Shown here: positions 12,673 to 23,888 of the stretch, piece after piece
Position numbering within the stretch: the stretch's first letter is position 1
Layout of the letters: each line of letters begins with the position of its first letter
From: Azolla caroliniana
Lineage: Eukaryota; Plantae; Polypodiophyta
Reading direction: 5' to 3'
Assembly (NCBI GenBank): GCA_043228905.1
Contig: JBHGNT010000349.1
Location: forward strand, 1-32,371
DNA: 32,371 nucleotides
Made by a program: the position numbers and the translations under genes
The notes under the pieces: model-generated
Told to the model about the DNA's origin: nothing
The model's input: the letters and a program-made list of their open reading frames with translations, nothing else
Database searches by the model: none

Positions 12673-15600
12673 GGCTGGACCGGAAGGGAACAACGGCAAT
12701 CGCGGCAGTGAAGAAGAGTTGATGCTCATCACCAAGGAGAGGGAGATAAACCTTTCCGGCGACGAGACGACCTGGGTGGTAGACTCCAGAGCGTCGTTCC
12801 ACCTTACCCCGGACTGAAAATGCTTCTCATCCTACTCAGCAGGTGATCACGGCTGTGTCCGGATGGGGAATGAAGGTACATGCCGAATTGTCGGCATAGG
12901 AGATGTGTGGCTGACAACACCAACTGGATGCAAGTTGCTGCTGAAGGATGTCTGACACGTTCCGGAGGTTCGACTGAACCTGATATCAACCGATCGGCTA
13001 GATGATGAAGGCTACACGGGTAGCATCCGGAACGGTGTCATGAAGTTCAGCAAAGGGAGCCTGATTGTGGCTCGGGCCCGGAAGGTCAACACACTGTACC
13101 TGATGAATGCCCGGTTATGTCCGGAAGAAGTGAACGTGGCATCCGACACTGCCGGTGAGATGTGGCACAAGAGGCTGTGTCATATGAGCGAGAAGGGGAT
13201 GAAGAGGCTTGCAGACGACAACCTCATTCCAGTGAAGAACATGCACTTGGAGAAGTGCACTGATTGTCTGGCCGGTAAGCAAAACCGGACCTCCTTCCGA
13301 CCAAGGCCACCGATGAGACGTAATGCACCACTACAGTTGGTGCATACGGATGTGTGTCAAGTGGACACGAAGTCACATGCCGGAGCGCAGTACTTCGTGA
13401 CGTTCATAGATGACCACAGCCGGAAGCTGTGGGCCACACCGTTGAAGACAAAGGATCAGGTGCTATCCGTCTTCAAAGAGCTCCACACGAGAGTGGAAAG
13501 AGAAACCGGCCGGAAGCTGAAGGCGGTTCGAGCAGATAACGGAGGAGAATACCGGGGGCAGTTCGAGGAATACTGCCGCTCGAAGGGAATCTGGCTCGAA
13601 TTTACCGTGCCGAAGACGCCGGAACTAAACGGACTAGCCGAGAGGATGAACCAGACCATAATGGAGAGGGTCCGGAGTATGCTAGTGCATGCAAAACTAC
13701 CCAAGAAGTTTTGGGCTGAGGCATTGTCGACGGCGACATATGTGATAAATAGATCACCCTCAATACCCTTGGACAAAGACACGCCACAGAGAGTGTGGAC
13801 CGGTAAGGAAGTATCCTACCGGCATCTGAAGGTGTTCGGGTGTCTCGCGTACGTGCATGTAGCTAAGGACCGGAGAGGAAAGTTAGATCCGAAGACCCGG
13901 CCATGCATATTCCTCGGTTACGGTGACGATGAGTTCGGCTACCGAGTGTGGGACCTGGTCGACAAGAAGGTATTCCGGAGTTGAGATATTATCTTCATGG
14001 AGGACAAGACGCTCGCCGACTGGGAATCAGAGAAGAAGATAATGAACTCCGAGTCGACCGGTACGGATCGACTCTACGATGAACAGACCCAACTGGCAAG
14101 AGACCGGTTAGCACTCGAGGGACCAGCCGGTTACGTACCAAACAGGCTGAAGAAGAAGTAGAGGAAGCTGAAACCGGAACTGGCCAAGACCCCGAATCGG
14201 ATTCGGATGAAGAGCAAATGGAGGAGCCAGTTACCGAAGCCCGAAGACGGAGATATCCTCTCAAAGAGAGAAGGGCCCCCCGGAGATTTCCGGATGCAGA
14301 GCATGTTCTACTGACCGATGAGGGGGAGTCGGAAAGCTTCGAAGAAGCGAAGGATGACATCTACAACCACAAATGGTTAAGTGCCATGCAGGATGAGATG
14401 AATTCCCTGCATGAGAACCATACGTACGAATTGGTGGAGTTGCCGAAAGGAAAGCGGCCACTCCGTAACAAGTGGGTGTACAATTTGAAACCGGGAGACG
14501 CCGGCAACCCCCCGAGATACAAAGCCAGGATCGTGGTGAAGGGGTTCCAGCAGAAGAAGGGCGTGGACTTCGACGAGATATTTGCTCCGGTAGTAAAGAT
14601 GACCTCCATCCGAACGGTGCTGAGTATAGCGGCAAGCATGGACCTCGAGGTAGAGCAGCTAGACGTAAAGACGGCATTCCTTCACGGTGACCTCGAAGAG
14701 GAGATCTACATGCAGCAACCGGAAGGATTTGTGGAGAAAGGGAAGGAGCACCTGGTATGCCGGCTGAAGAAGAGCTTGCACGGACTAAAGCAGGCTCCCC
14801 GTCAATGGTACCGGAAGTTCGACTCCTTCATGGCCGATCAAGGGTACCACAAGACGCAGGCCGATCACTGCGTGTTTGTGAAGAAGTTTGAAGGGGGCGA
14901 CTTCCTGATACTCCTTCTGTACGTGGACGACATGTTGATCGTCGAACGGGACCAAGCCAAAATACGGATGCTGAAGAAGGCTCTCAACCGGACCTTCTCA
15001 ATGAAAGACTTGGGTCCGGCAAGACAGATGCTGGGGATGCATATTATCCGGAACCGGTCAGTGAAGCAATTATGGCTATCACAGGAAAAATACGTGACAA
15101 AGGTGCTTCACCGGTTCAACATGTTAGATGTGAAATCGATCGGATCGACACTTCCGGCAAACTGCAGGCTATCCGGTAAGCAAAGCCCGAAGACGAAAGC
15201 AGAGAAGGCGGATATGATGAAGATTCCATTTGTCTCTACCGTCGGGAGCTTGATGTACGCAATGGTGTGTACCCGACCGGACATAGGATACGCAGTTGGA
15301 GTGGTGAGCCGGTTTATGAGCAATCCCGGCAAGGAGCACTGGAACGCGGTCAAATGGATACTCCGGTACTTGAAGGGCACCTCAAATATGTGTCTCCGAT
15401 TTGGCTCCGGAAAACCTCAACTTGACGGTTTTACCGATTCGGACATGTCGGCTAATGTGGATACCAACCGGTCTACATCCGGGTATGTAATGACATATGC
15501 AAGGGGAGCTATTTAATGGCAATCGAAGCTGCAGAAGATGGTTGCATTGTCAACCACAGAGGCGGAGTACATGGCAGTTGTGGAAGTCGGCAAGGAAATC

Positions 15601-15846
15601 TTATGGATGAAGGACTTCATCGGAGAGCTCGGTATCCGGCAAGATGAATATCGGCTCTATTGTGACAGTCAAAGTGCCATCCATCTTGCTAGGAATGCGG
15701 CCTACCATTCCCGGATGAAGCATATCCAGCGAAGATATCACTGGATCCGGGAAAGAGTAGATGACCAGGAGTTCGCACTGACGAAGATCCACACGGCCGA
15801 GAACGGGTCAGATATGCTGACCAAAGTTCTAATAGCCGAAAAGTAA
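12673..15846 (+). pseudogene. pol: Copia pol pseudogene (protease, integrase, reverse transcriptase, RNase H)
   Basis: Protease WVVDSRASFHLT at 12773. Integrase HHCC (WHKRLCH...CTDC) and DDE motifs (VHTD, RADNGGEY, NGLAERMN). RT motifs QLDVKTAFLHG and LLLYVDDMLI. RNase H motifs FTDSD, ALSTTEAEY, YCDSQSAI. In-frame stops at 12815, 12953, 13982 and 15514, plus a frameshift between ~14040 and ~14140. Confidence 0.96.
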
Positions 15847-15852
15847 TACTAG

Positions 15853-15860
15853 TATAAATA
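15853..15860 (+). promoter_or_regulatory. TATA box of the copia 1 LTR
   Basis: TATAAATA upstream of a GA-rich R-like region, the position expected in an LTR. Confidence 0.55.
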
Positions 15861-15910
15861 TGACTTAAGGCAAACTTTTAGTGCGTGGTTGTCATTCTCG
15901 TTAGAGAAAG

Positions 15911-15952
15911 GAGAGAGAGAGCGTGTAACTGTGTATAGAGAGAGAGAGAGAG
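15911..15952. repeat. (GA)n microsatellite tracts in the LTR
   Basis: (GA)5 at 15911 and (AG)8 at 15937-15952. Confidence 0.85.
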
Positions 15953-16110
15953 AAAGAGGTTGTTGCCTCTGTTGTAACCGCCGCCTGTGGCGAGGATCGT
16001 GAGCACGAGGTTGTTGCCTCTGTGAACTCACAGTTGTACATTTTAACACAGTGATAGTTTGCAGCCTATGGGCTGCCGTGGTTTTCCCCCTTAGTTTGGG
16101 TTTTCCACGT

Positions 16111-16126
16111 AAACATCCTGCGTACT
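16111..16126 (+). repeat. LINE target-site duplication, left copy
   Basis: AAACATCCTGCGTACT, identical to 23771-23786. Confidence 0.96.
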
Positions 16127-16182
16127 TGAAACATGACACAAGTTGTTAATGCCTAGAAAAGAATTGGCGAGGAGTGAGGAAT

Positions 16183-17708
16183 ATGCAGACAACAGGGAAA
16201 ACGCAGGTCGTGTGCGGCGCGAGCAGCGCAACCACATCGACAGGTGCTCCTACCACGAGCAGGAGATCGACTGCGGGTCAGCCACATAGCTCTTCTGCGG
16301 CTGGACCTTATACGCGAGCAGGGGAGTCCGGTGCACCCCCCCAACTTTCGCCTCATCTGTGTGATGAGTCAGTCGGCCTTGCATTGTCAGAGGAGGATAG
16401 GGCTACTGTTTTGGCTGAGGTAAGTAGATTGGAAGTTTTTCATTGGTCGTGCAGGTTCAGGGCTCGCGAATGAATAGATCGGAACTCCGTCATACATTGT
16501 ACGCTGCTTTCTCGGAGGAAGCGGATAGCATTCTCGACATTCAATTCATGTCTCGCGGATGTTATCATGTGGAATTCGCGACTGAGGAGTCCGTTAACAA
16601 GCTATTAATGATTAAGGAGGCAGGAGTCGAAGGTGCGTGGGTATCCTTTCATAAATGGTCGCACAATGTTAAAATAGATGACATATTGCAGGATCAAGAG
16701 GCTAGCATGGTTTTCACCGCAATATTTCCCGGTTTGAGGAAGGAGTGGAGGAATGTATTGCCTTGCATTGGGGCTTTGCTAGGTAAGGTGATTGCCACGC
16801 GTGATGGACAGGCACATGGGACAGATAGAATGGGAGGGGTACCAGCTGTTAGGTTGATCGCACCAAGATCCGTTCGTCTACCGGCAACTATATCCTTACC
16901 AAATTTACTTTTAAACAAACCACCGGTTGTGCAAAACGTATATTATCAAGGACTGCCTGATCAATGTTTTTTGTGTCGTCAATTTGGTCATTTAGGTCGA
17001 GATTGTCAGAAGCGTCGTACGTACAAGGAGGCCCAACCACCGAATCGACCAGATGTTAATTATGATGGCTGGTTTACAGTTTCTAATAAACATGTTTTTA
17101 AACCGTCTAAGACGACGGTTAATCCAATGTTAGTACTTGAAGCTAATCCGTATCAGTCTTTGCAGGAGGTGGAAAAAGACGCGGGGATTAATACAAAGGA
17201 GGTGGGGTTTGTCATTCCAAACTTCACAAAAGAGGAGCGGGTGGAACAAAAGTCGCAAGACATAATTTTGAAGGAGGTGGAAAAGGATGCGAGTAATGTT
17301 AAAATGGTACAACCTACGGTGGCACAAAAGTCCAAGAACGTCATTGAACAGGTACAACCTTTGGAATTGGTTAATAAAGTTAATAATCAACTAAATAAGG
17401 GTAAACAACAGGTTGTTGATCATGTACAACATTTGGATAAGCCTTTAAGCCTGACTGATTTTCAACAAACTGAAGTGGGTAAGCTAGACATTGCCGATGT
17501 TGACATGAATTGTGTAGTTGCCTTCACTGGAGTAGATAGGTCTACTGATAGGGTAGATAAACACATGCCAGTGCGGTCACATAAGTTGATAGGGAAAGAC
17601 ATATGGTCTAATAGAAGACAATTACGAGCCTCAGAGGATGGAAGAAAGGGTAGAGATGTTGCACTCGCCGAAAGGAGAATAGGGGGAAATAATATGAATG
17701 ATGGATAG
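16183..17708 (+). pseudogene. LINE ORF1 (nucleic-acid-binding protein with RRM/DUF4283-like region and CCHC zinc knuckle), one probable frameshift
   Basis: ORF 16443-17708 contains CFLCRQFGHLGRDC (CX2CX4HX4C). The upstream frame from ATG 16183 joins it if one base is restored in the T run at 16436-16440. The start codon is inferred. Confidence 0.82.
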
Positions 17709-20700
17709 GTTAAATATTATATCATGGAATGTTCGAGGTTTAGGAGGTAGTAATTGTGGTAAAGTAAGGAGTGTTTTCCGTCGTCAGTTGAAGAAGTCTT
17801 TGGTAGGTAGAATTGATGTTCTTTTGATTCAAGAACATCATTTAAATGAACAACGGATTCGGAAATATGGAAATTTGTTGCCAGGTAAATGGAGGCAGCT
17901 TTGGGTGCCTGCACTTGGGGTTAATAGGCTGAAAGCTGGACTATGTATAGCAATAAACGATACCTGTTTGCTCAATTTTTTACATTATGGAGTCTTGTCC
18001 TGTAGTCGAGGTCAATATGCAATTTTTCAAATAGGTTTGAAGAAGTGGGGTTTATTGAATATTTATGCTCCGAATAATGCAAAAGATAGAATGATACTGT
18101 GGAAAAGCATAATTTCACAGTTACCCACTGTGGATCATTGGGCAATTGCAGGTGATTTTAATATGGTAGAGGATGTGAGTGATAGGGTAGGAGGAACGTC
18201 ACAAACAGTGGCTGGTTCAGAATTATATGAATGGGAACGACTGATTTTTGCTTTAGGATTAATGGATGTGTGGCATGTATCTTCCTTTGTAAGGCTACAG
18301 GATTCTTTACAGTACTCCAGATCAAATAGAAGTGAGGTTCATACTAATTTGTCTAGGTTAGATAGATTTTATGCCGATAAGTTTATATGGGACAAAGGAG
18401 GCTCCATTGGAATTTTACCTTCATTTTCCTTTTCTGATCATGCACCTCTTCGTATAATTATAGTTCTACAGGAACAATATAAAACTTCTAGGTTTCGAAT
18501 TCCGAATCATGTGTTTCTGCGACAAGATTGTGTTTGTATTGTACATAATATTTGGAATAAGTATGTCTATTCGCAGGATTGTGCATTATCCAGTGTTCAA
18601 AATGCTATTAGGGAAATACAACAATTTTTCCACTATAAGGCCAAACAAGTAGTTCACTCATCTTTCACAAAAATAGGAAGACTTCGTAGGGGATTGAGGT
18701 CCTTACAACATTTGCAAGAGAAAAGGCCGTATTCGACTTATATAAGGTCTAGGGTGATACAAGTAGGAAACCAAATATTAGAATTACAAAAGGTTTCCGC
18801 AGAATTTACTTACCATAATATAGCATCTGAATGGGCAGAGTCAGGAGATAAAGTAAATAAAATGTTTTTTAAAATGCATAATTTCCATAAGTCTACGGCT
18901 AGGATTTCCCAGTTAAAATGTCCAGATGGCTCTTTCACCAATGATGCTAGTCAGATGCGGCAAATAGCCTCTGAATATTATGATAATTTGTTGAAGGCTC
19001 AATCCTTTTCTATTGGCGATTTAGCTAAAAGAGATATTATATGGTCCAGAATTCAACATAAAGTGCCTGTTCAACTTTCCGAACGTCTTTTGCAACCACT
19101 AAGTCCTCAAGAGGTTTTTAAAGCAGCAAAGTCCTTAGCAAAAGATGTTTGTCCTGGGTTGGATGGGTTGAGTGTCCAATGGTATTTACAATATTGGGAT
19201 TTGATAGGTGAGGGACTAACTAGAGCTTATCAACAGGTTTTAGATTCGGGATATATGCCCCAAGAATGGAATGATGGTTTAATCTATATGATTCCCAAAG
19301 CCGGTGGTCAGTTAGAGGAGCTTCGGCATTGGAGGCCAATTACTTTGTTAAACATTATTTATAAGATATTAGCCAAAACGTTAGCTAAACGTTTACAACC
19401 TTATCTTTCTGAACTGATTCATGATTCTCAGACAGGTTTTATACAAGAGCGAAGTATTTTTGATAATATTATTCTTTTTTGGGAGATGGTAGCTTTTGCT
19501 GAAGGACAGAATCAAGAGTTGGCAGTGTTATTTCTGGATTTCGAAAAAGCTTATGACAGAGTCGACTGGAATTTCATGGAGGGGACTTTGCTTAAGATGG
19601 GTTTTCCAAACAATTGGATACGGGGAGTTTCAGCATTATATCGTAATGCACATAGTTCGGTTTTATTTGCAGGGGATATTGGTAGGCGTTTCTCTATTTC
19701 AAGATCAGTAAGACAAGGATGTCCACTTGCTCCTTTTTTGTTTTTATTAGTATCTGAAGCGTTTTCTGTATATTTAAATTCTCAGCAGGTTACTATAAAA
19801 GGTCTAGCATTGCCATTTGCAGATGCTAGCGTTGATAGTGAGTTTGCTGATGATACAGCTCTTTATATTCACGCCTCACAATTTAATTTGGTGTAGGTTC
19901 AAAAAGCTGTGGATGACTTCGCAGATGCATCGGGTGCAGTGATCAATTGGGATAAGTCATCAGGTTTTTGGGTGGCTTCGGGAAACCCTCCAGTTAACGC
20001 GCCTAGCGCAGGTTTCTCGTGGATTCCGAAAGGACAGTCCATTAGGTATCTAGGATGTAGAGTAGGGTTAGGAATAAAGGTAGATGATATGATTCGCCCT
20101 TATTGGTAAGATTAAGAAATAAGCTAATATATTGGAAGAAGGAAAGGTTATCCTTAGCTGGACGTGTAGTTGTTGCTAATTCTGTGCTTTTATCATCTGT
20201 TTGGTATATAGCCTCTACATGGTTGTTTTCTAGGTCCATTATGCTTAGAGTTCAACGTCTAGTACGGAATTTTATTTGGGGAAATGATACGGTACACAAT
20301 ACTATAGCAAAGGTAGCTTGGTCGGTTCTTATACAACCCAAACATAAAGGAGGTTTAGGTTTGATTGATCCTTTCATGCAAAGTAAAGCATTACTTGTTA
20401 AACATGTTGTTAGGTGTTTATTGCCTGGACAAGAGTTATGGAAAAAGTTTTGGATGTGTCATTTATATAAATTAAAACCATCGGTTGGTGGTAATTGGCG
20501 TGATAGTCTTAGATGGTTCTTTAATTCAGATTTTCCGCTGTCTAAATCGACAGTTGGGTCCTTTAGTTTTTTTAATGGCATTCTAAGGGCATGGGAAAGT
20601 ATTCGTCGAGCGCTGGTTTTTTTGCCACCAAAAACATATCATCAATTAATGCGTCAGCCGTTGTTATGGAATCCTTTGTTTACTGATGAAGCGGCATGTG

Positions 20701-22073
20701 TCTTAGGTTTACGACCTAGGTTATCTTGGGCTGCAATGGATAACGGACCAGCTCGTACGGTTGCGGATTGGATTGCTTTCCTGCAGACTTCAGTGCAAGA
20801 CCAAAAGAGTAGGGTGTCTAATTTCAGAGGGGCAAACATTATGATAACTCAAGTGTCAACGGTGTATCAGGTAACATTACCAACTTTGAGTTTTGGTCAT
20901 TGTTTGAATTGGTATGGTATGTTTTCGAGATTAAATATACTAATAGGAGCTCGTCTGTATACTCAAAATGGTAGCCTTTACTTTTATGAAGTTTGCGATA
21001 ATGGTAGGTTGTTGGTAGTGGAGGAGGAGTCTTCAATTGTGTCTTCTGCCAGGCAGCTGCCAGTGAGAGTAATAGCTAGGTTGGGAAAAAAGATATTTAT
21101 AGATCCTAATCCACTAATTGCTAAGTATTCATCTCATATATGGGTTTTAAATTCTAGACCAATTGTTGATTTGCAGTGGGATCCATTAGATTATGGTTGG
21201 AAGTTACCAATGTCTGATAGTACGCAAGAGAAAGTTCTTCCATTTTTTGCATATTCTGTGTCACTGGGTAGGAAGTTTTTGTTAAATGAGATAGAGTCAA
21301 TTCCGGCAGGAAAAAAATATTGGGAGGAAGGTAATGTCTCATCTACATATATGTTGAAGTTTTGGAAACACCTTTGGTCGCTTAAATGTATGAACAAGGT
21401 ATTGCACTTTCGATGGTTAATGATTCATTATGCATTGCCAGTAGGAGCTTTATTGAGGGGAACAATACCTGATCGATCATGTGGTAGGTGTGGCTGGGCA
21501 TATGAGACATTACATCATGCTTTTTGGGAATGTGTTACGGCCAAATGTTTTTGGGCTCGTATTCTTAGGCTTTTAAGTCGTAAGTATAGGGCTACTAAAT
21601 TCACGTGGGGTACAATCTTTTGGGGTACGTTGGATCAAGAAACTGTTTTTTATCATTATCATAATTCATCATTGACTTTACATGTGAAAAGTTTTCAGGT
21701 ATACGTTACGAATAGCTCCTTGCAGGGAGTCAAGTTCTTTTCTAGGTGTTATGTTTGGAACTTTATTTCCTCGTTGGCCTTATGGATTATTTGGAAAGCA
21801 AGGTGTTCTAAAATATATAATGATGAAGATACTAATGTTGTGGATCAAGTTAAATCTTTCTGGGAATTATTGGTAAATATAGATAAAGGTGAATATGATA
21901 GCTATAAGGGTTGTGGAAATGGGCCTAACCGGAAAAGAAAGCGACTTAGAAGAGTCTGGTCAACCATTCCTATTTTTTTGGATGCAACAGGGGAAGATGT
22001 AAAGTGGAATTATGTTCCACCTCGATGGTTGTTTCTGCCACCAGCGCCATTTATATTGAACACAGCCGTTTAG
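17698..22073 (+). pseudogene. LINE ORF2 (AP-like endonuclease, reverse transcriptase, zf-RVT-type zinc finger), one stop and one frameshift
   Basis: Endonuclease motifs ISWNVRGL, LIQEHH, NIYAPN, AGDFN, SRLDRFY, SDHAP. RT motifs PGLDG, WRPITLLN, LDFEKAYDRV, VRQGCPLAP, FADD. Zinc finger CGRC...ETLHHAFWEC. Premature TAG at 19894-19896 and a 1-nt frameshift near 20100. Overlaps ORF1 by 11 nt. Confidence 0.96.
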
Positions 22074-22074
22074 G

Positions 22075-23160
22075 ATGAGTGCGTGAGGAAAGTGTAAACT
22101 GTTTTTGTGTTGTAAATACAGGTTTTCCACGGACATTGGCAACAAGCTAATCGACGAGAGGGCTGATGTGGAAAGAAGGAAGAATGTGTAAGAGAAAAGG
22201 ATGGGGTATGGTGGCGGGGTCATAGTCGACAATCGTGAGTGGGTGGGGAATTTTTACACTAATTTTTGTTTTTAATACAGGTTTTTCGTCAACAGTGCAA
22301 GATGTTAATCGGCAAGAGGGCTGACGTGGACTGAATGAAGAATTTTTTGTTTTGTGATAAGGATGAGGGAAGATGGCGGGGGGGTCGAAGCCGTCTATCA
22401 TGAGTGAGGAAACTTTGAGATTAACTGTTTTGTTATTGATATAGGTTTTTTCGTGGACATTGGTCATGACGATAATTGGCTAGACGGTTGATGTGGATTG
22501 AACGAAGAAATTTTCTGTGTGAAAGTGATAAGGTTGAGTGAAGATGGTGGGGAGGGTGAAGCCGACTATAACGAGTGGGTGAGAAAATGTTTACACTAAT
22601 TTTGTGTTGATCAATACAGGATATGCGTGGACATTGCCACCGTGTTAATTGGTGAGATGGCTGATGTCGACTGTATGAAGAATTTCTGTGTTAAGGATGA
22701 GTGAAGATGGTGGGGAGGGTGAAGCCGACTATAACGAGTGGGTGAGGAAATGTTTACATTAATTTTGTGTTGATCAATACAGGATATGCGTGGACATTGC
22801 CACCGTGGTATTTGGTGAGATGGCTGATGTCGACTGAATGAAGAATTATTGTGTTAAGGATGAGTGAAGATGGTGGGGAGGGTCGAAGCCAATGTGCAGG
22901 AGTGGGTGAGGACATGTTTTAACCTAAGTTTTTGTTGATTATACAGGATATGCGTGGACATTGGAACCAGGTTAATCGGTGAGATGGCTGATGTCGACTA
23001 AAGGAAGAAATATTTGTGGTGAGGATGAGTGAAGATGGTGGGGAGGGTCGAAGCCAATCATCACGAGTGGGTGAGGAATTTTTAGACGGATTTTATTCTT
23101 ATCACAGATTTTTGGGGTTTTTTGGGCAATGACGTTAATCGGAGACATGACTGATTGACA
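22075..23160. repeat. Tandem array of ~163-bp units (~6.5 copies) in the LINE 3' region
   Basis: Anchor ATACAGG or a variant at 22116, 22275, 22439, 22614, 22777, 22941 and ~23102. Shared motifs CGTGGACATTG, GGCTGATGTCGACT, GGATGAGTGAAGATGGTGGGGAGGG and GAGTGGGTGAGGA. Confidence 0.93.
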
Positions 23161-23770
23161 AGTGCTGCAGGGACTGTTTTGGTGTTGTGTTTTCAACGGC
23201 AACAGCCGAGGAAGGTTCAATCTTGCATGGGAAAAGACAGACAAAGATACAAGAGGTTGGACAGATTTATGAGCTTGGAAAGTCAGCTTGAAGAAGACTA
23301 CGGCCAAGAAGTAGCAGATTACCTCAATGGCTTGATTGGAGAGAGCAGTTTTGTATTACCTAAGTGGTACAAAAGGACATTCACAAGGGAAAATTAAAGG
23401 CCAAGGAACGGGAACAGCTATTGGACAACCAGGTGATGGTGAACAACTTTAGTACATGCGGAACCAAATGCAAACATGGAGTTTTTAGACTACTAGCCAT
23501 GATTACCACCAAGATATGTATTCACTTGGACCGCAGGAATTTGTTTATAGGTTGAATATGGGTATACTAAAGAGCTTTAGTATATGTGGAATCACATTCA
23601 GCCAATGTTGGCTGCAACATGATGTTTTTAGAGGCCATAACAAATGCCATCATTATTTGGTCCCTTTTTTTACGATATATACTTATGGAGTGGAAACTAT
23701 TATGTACAATTTGTACATTGCCTTTGGCATTGTTAATTTTAATACCAATGGAGCATATTTTTATGGAAAA

Positions 23771-23786
23771 AAACATCCTGCGTACT
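23771..23786 (+). repeat. LINE target-site duplication, right copy
   Basis: AAACATCCTGCGTACT, immediately after the A tail. Confidence 0.96.
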
Positions 23787-23888
23787 CGTCTCTTCTTCGT
23801 GTCATTCATTATTTCCCATTTTCTGTGTATGATTCTAAGCTCGGTTGTGGCCGAGCGTCGTGTAGAAGGAGGGTCTTAGTTCCCGTCA
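23787..23888 (+). repeat. Remainder (U5 end) of the copia 1 3' LTR
   Basis: Continues the LTR across the TSD and ends in CA (TTCCCGTCA). Satellite resumes at 23889. Confidence 0.8.

Larger units (their letters stand above)
15847..16126 (+). repeat. Partial 3' LTR of copia element 1 (left part)
   Basis: TATA box, GA tracts, a 17-bp direct repeat GAGGTTGTTGCCTCTGT (15956, 16007) and the copia LTR-type motif GTGGTTTTCCC...GGGTTTTCCACGTAAA. No PPT or TG start is visible. Confidence 0.78.
16127..23770 (+). mobile_element. L1-clade non-LTR retrotransposon (LINE), near full length, 7644 bp
   Basis: ORF1 (zinc knuckle) plus ORF2 (APE endonuclease, RT, C-terminal zinc finger), a short A tail at 23767-23773, a perfect 16-bp TSD and a T|AAA insertion site. 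Confidence 0.96.
12673..23888 (+). mobile_element. Ty1/copia LTR retrotransposon (Tnt1/Tork-like), 5'-truncated, with its 3' LTR split by a LINE
   Basis: Domain order PR-IN-RT-RNase H, followed by LTR-like sequence at 15847-16126 that resumes at 23787 and ends ...TTCCCGTCA (23888) directly against satellite. No 5' LTR, PBS or gag. Confidence 0.92.

Noticed and set aside
12804-16139. Minus-strand and alternative-frame ORFs over copia 1, and similarly 29088-31644 over copia 2
   Set aside because: These are shadow ORFs of GC-rich retroelement sequence with no recognisable motifs.
16149-16289. Short upstream ORF at the LINE 5' end (ATG 16149)
   Set aside because: It is under 50 codons, overlaps the likely ORF1 start in another frame and has no supporting motif.
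22075-23160. Hammerhead ribozyme or retrozyme-like repeats (CTGATG in each unit)
   Set aside because: The core reads CTGATGT or CTGACGT rather than CUGANGA, and no conserved GAAA with flanking stems is apparent. An Infernal search would settle it.
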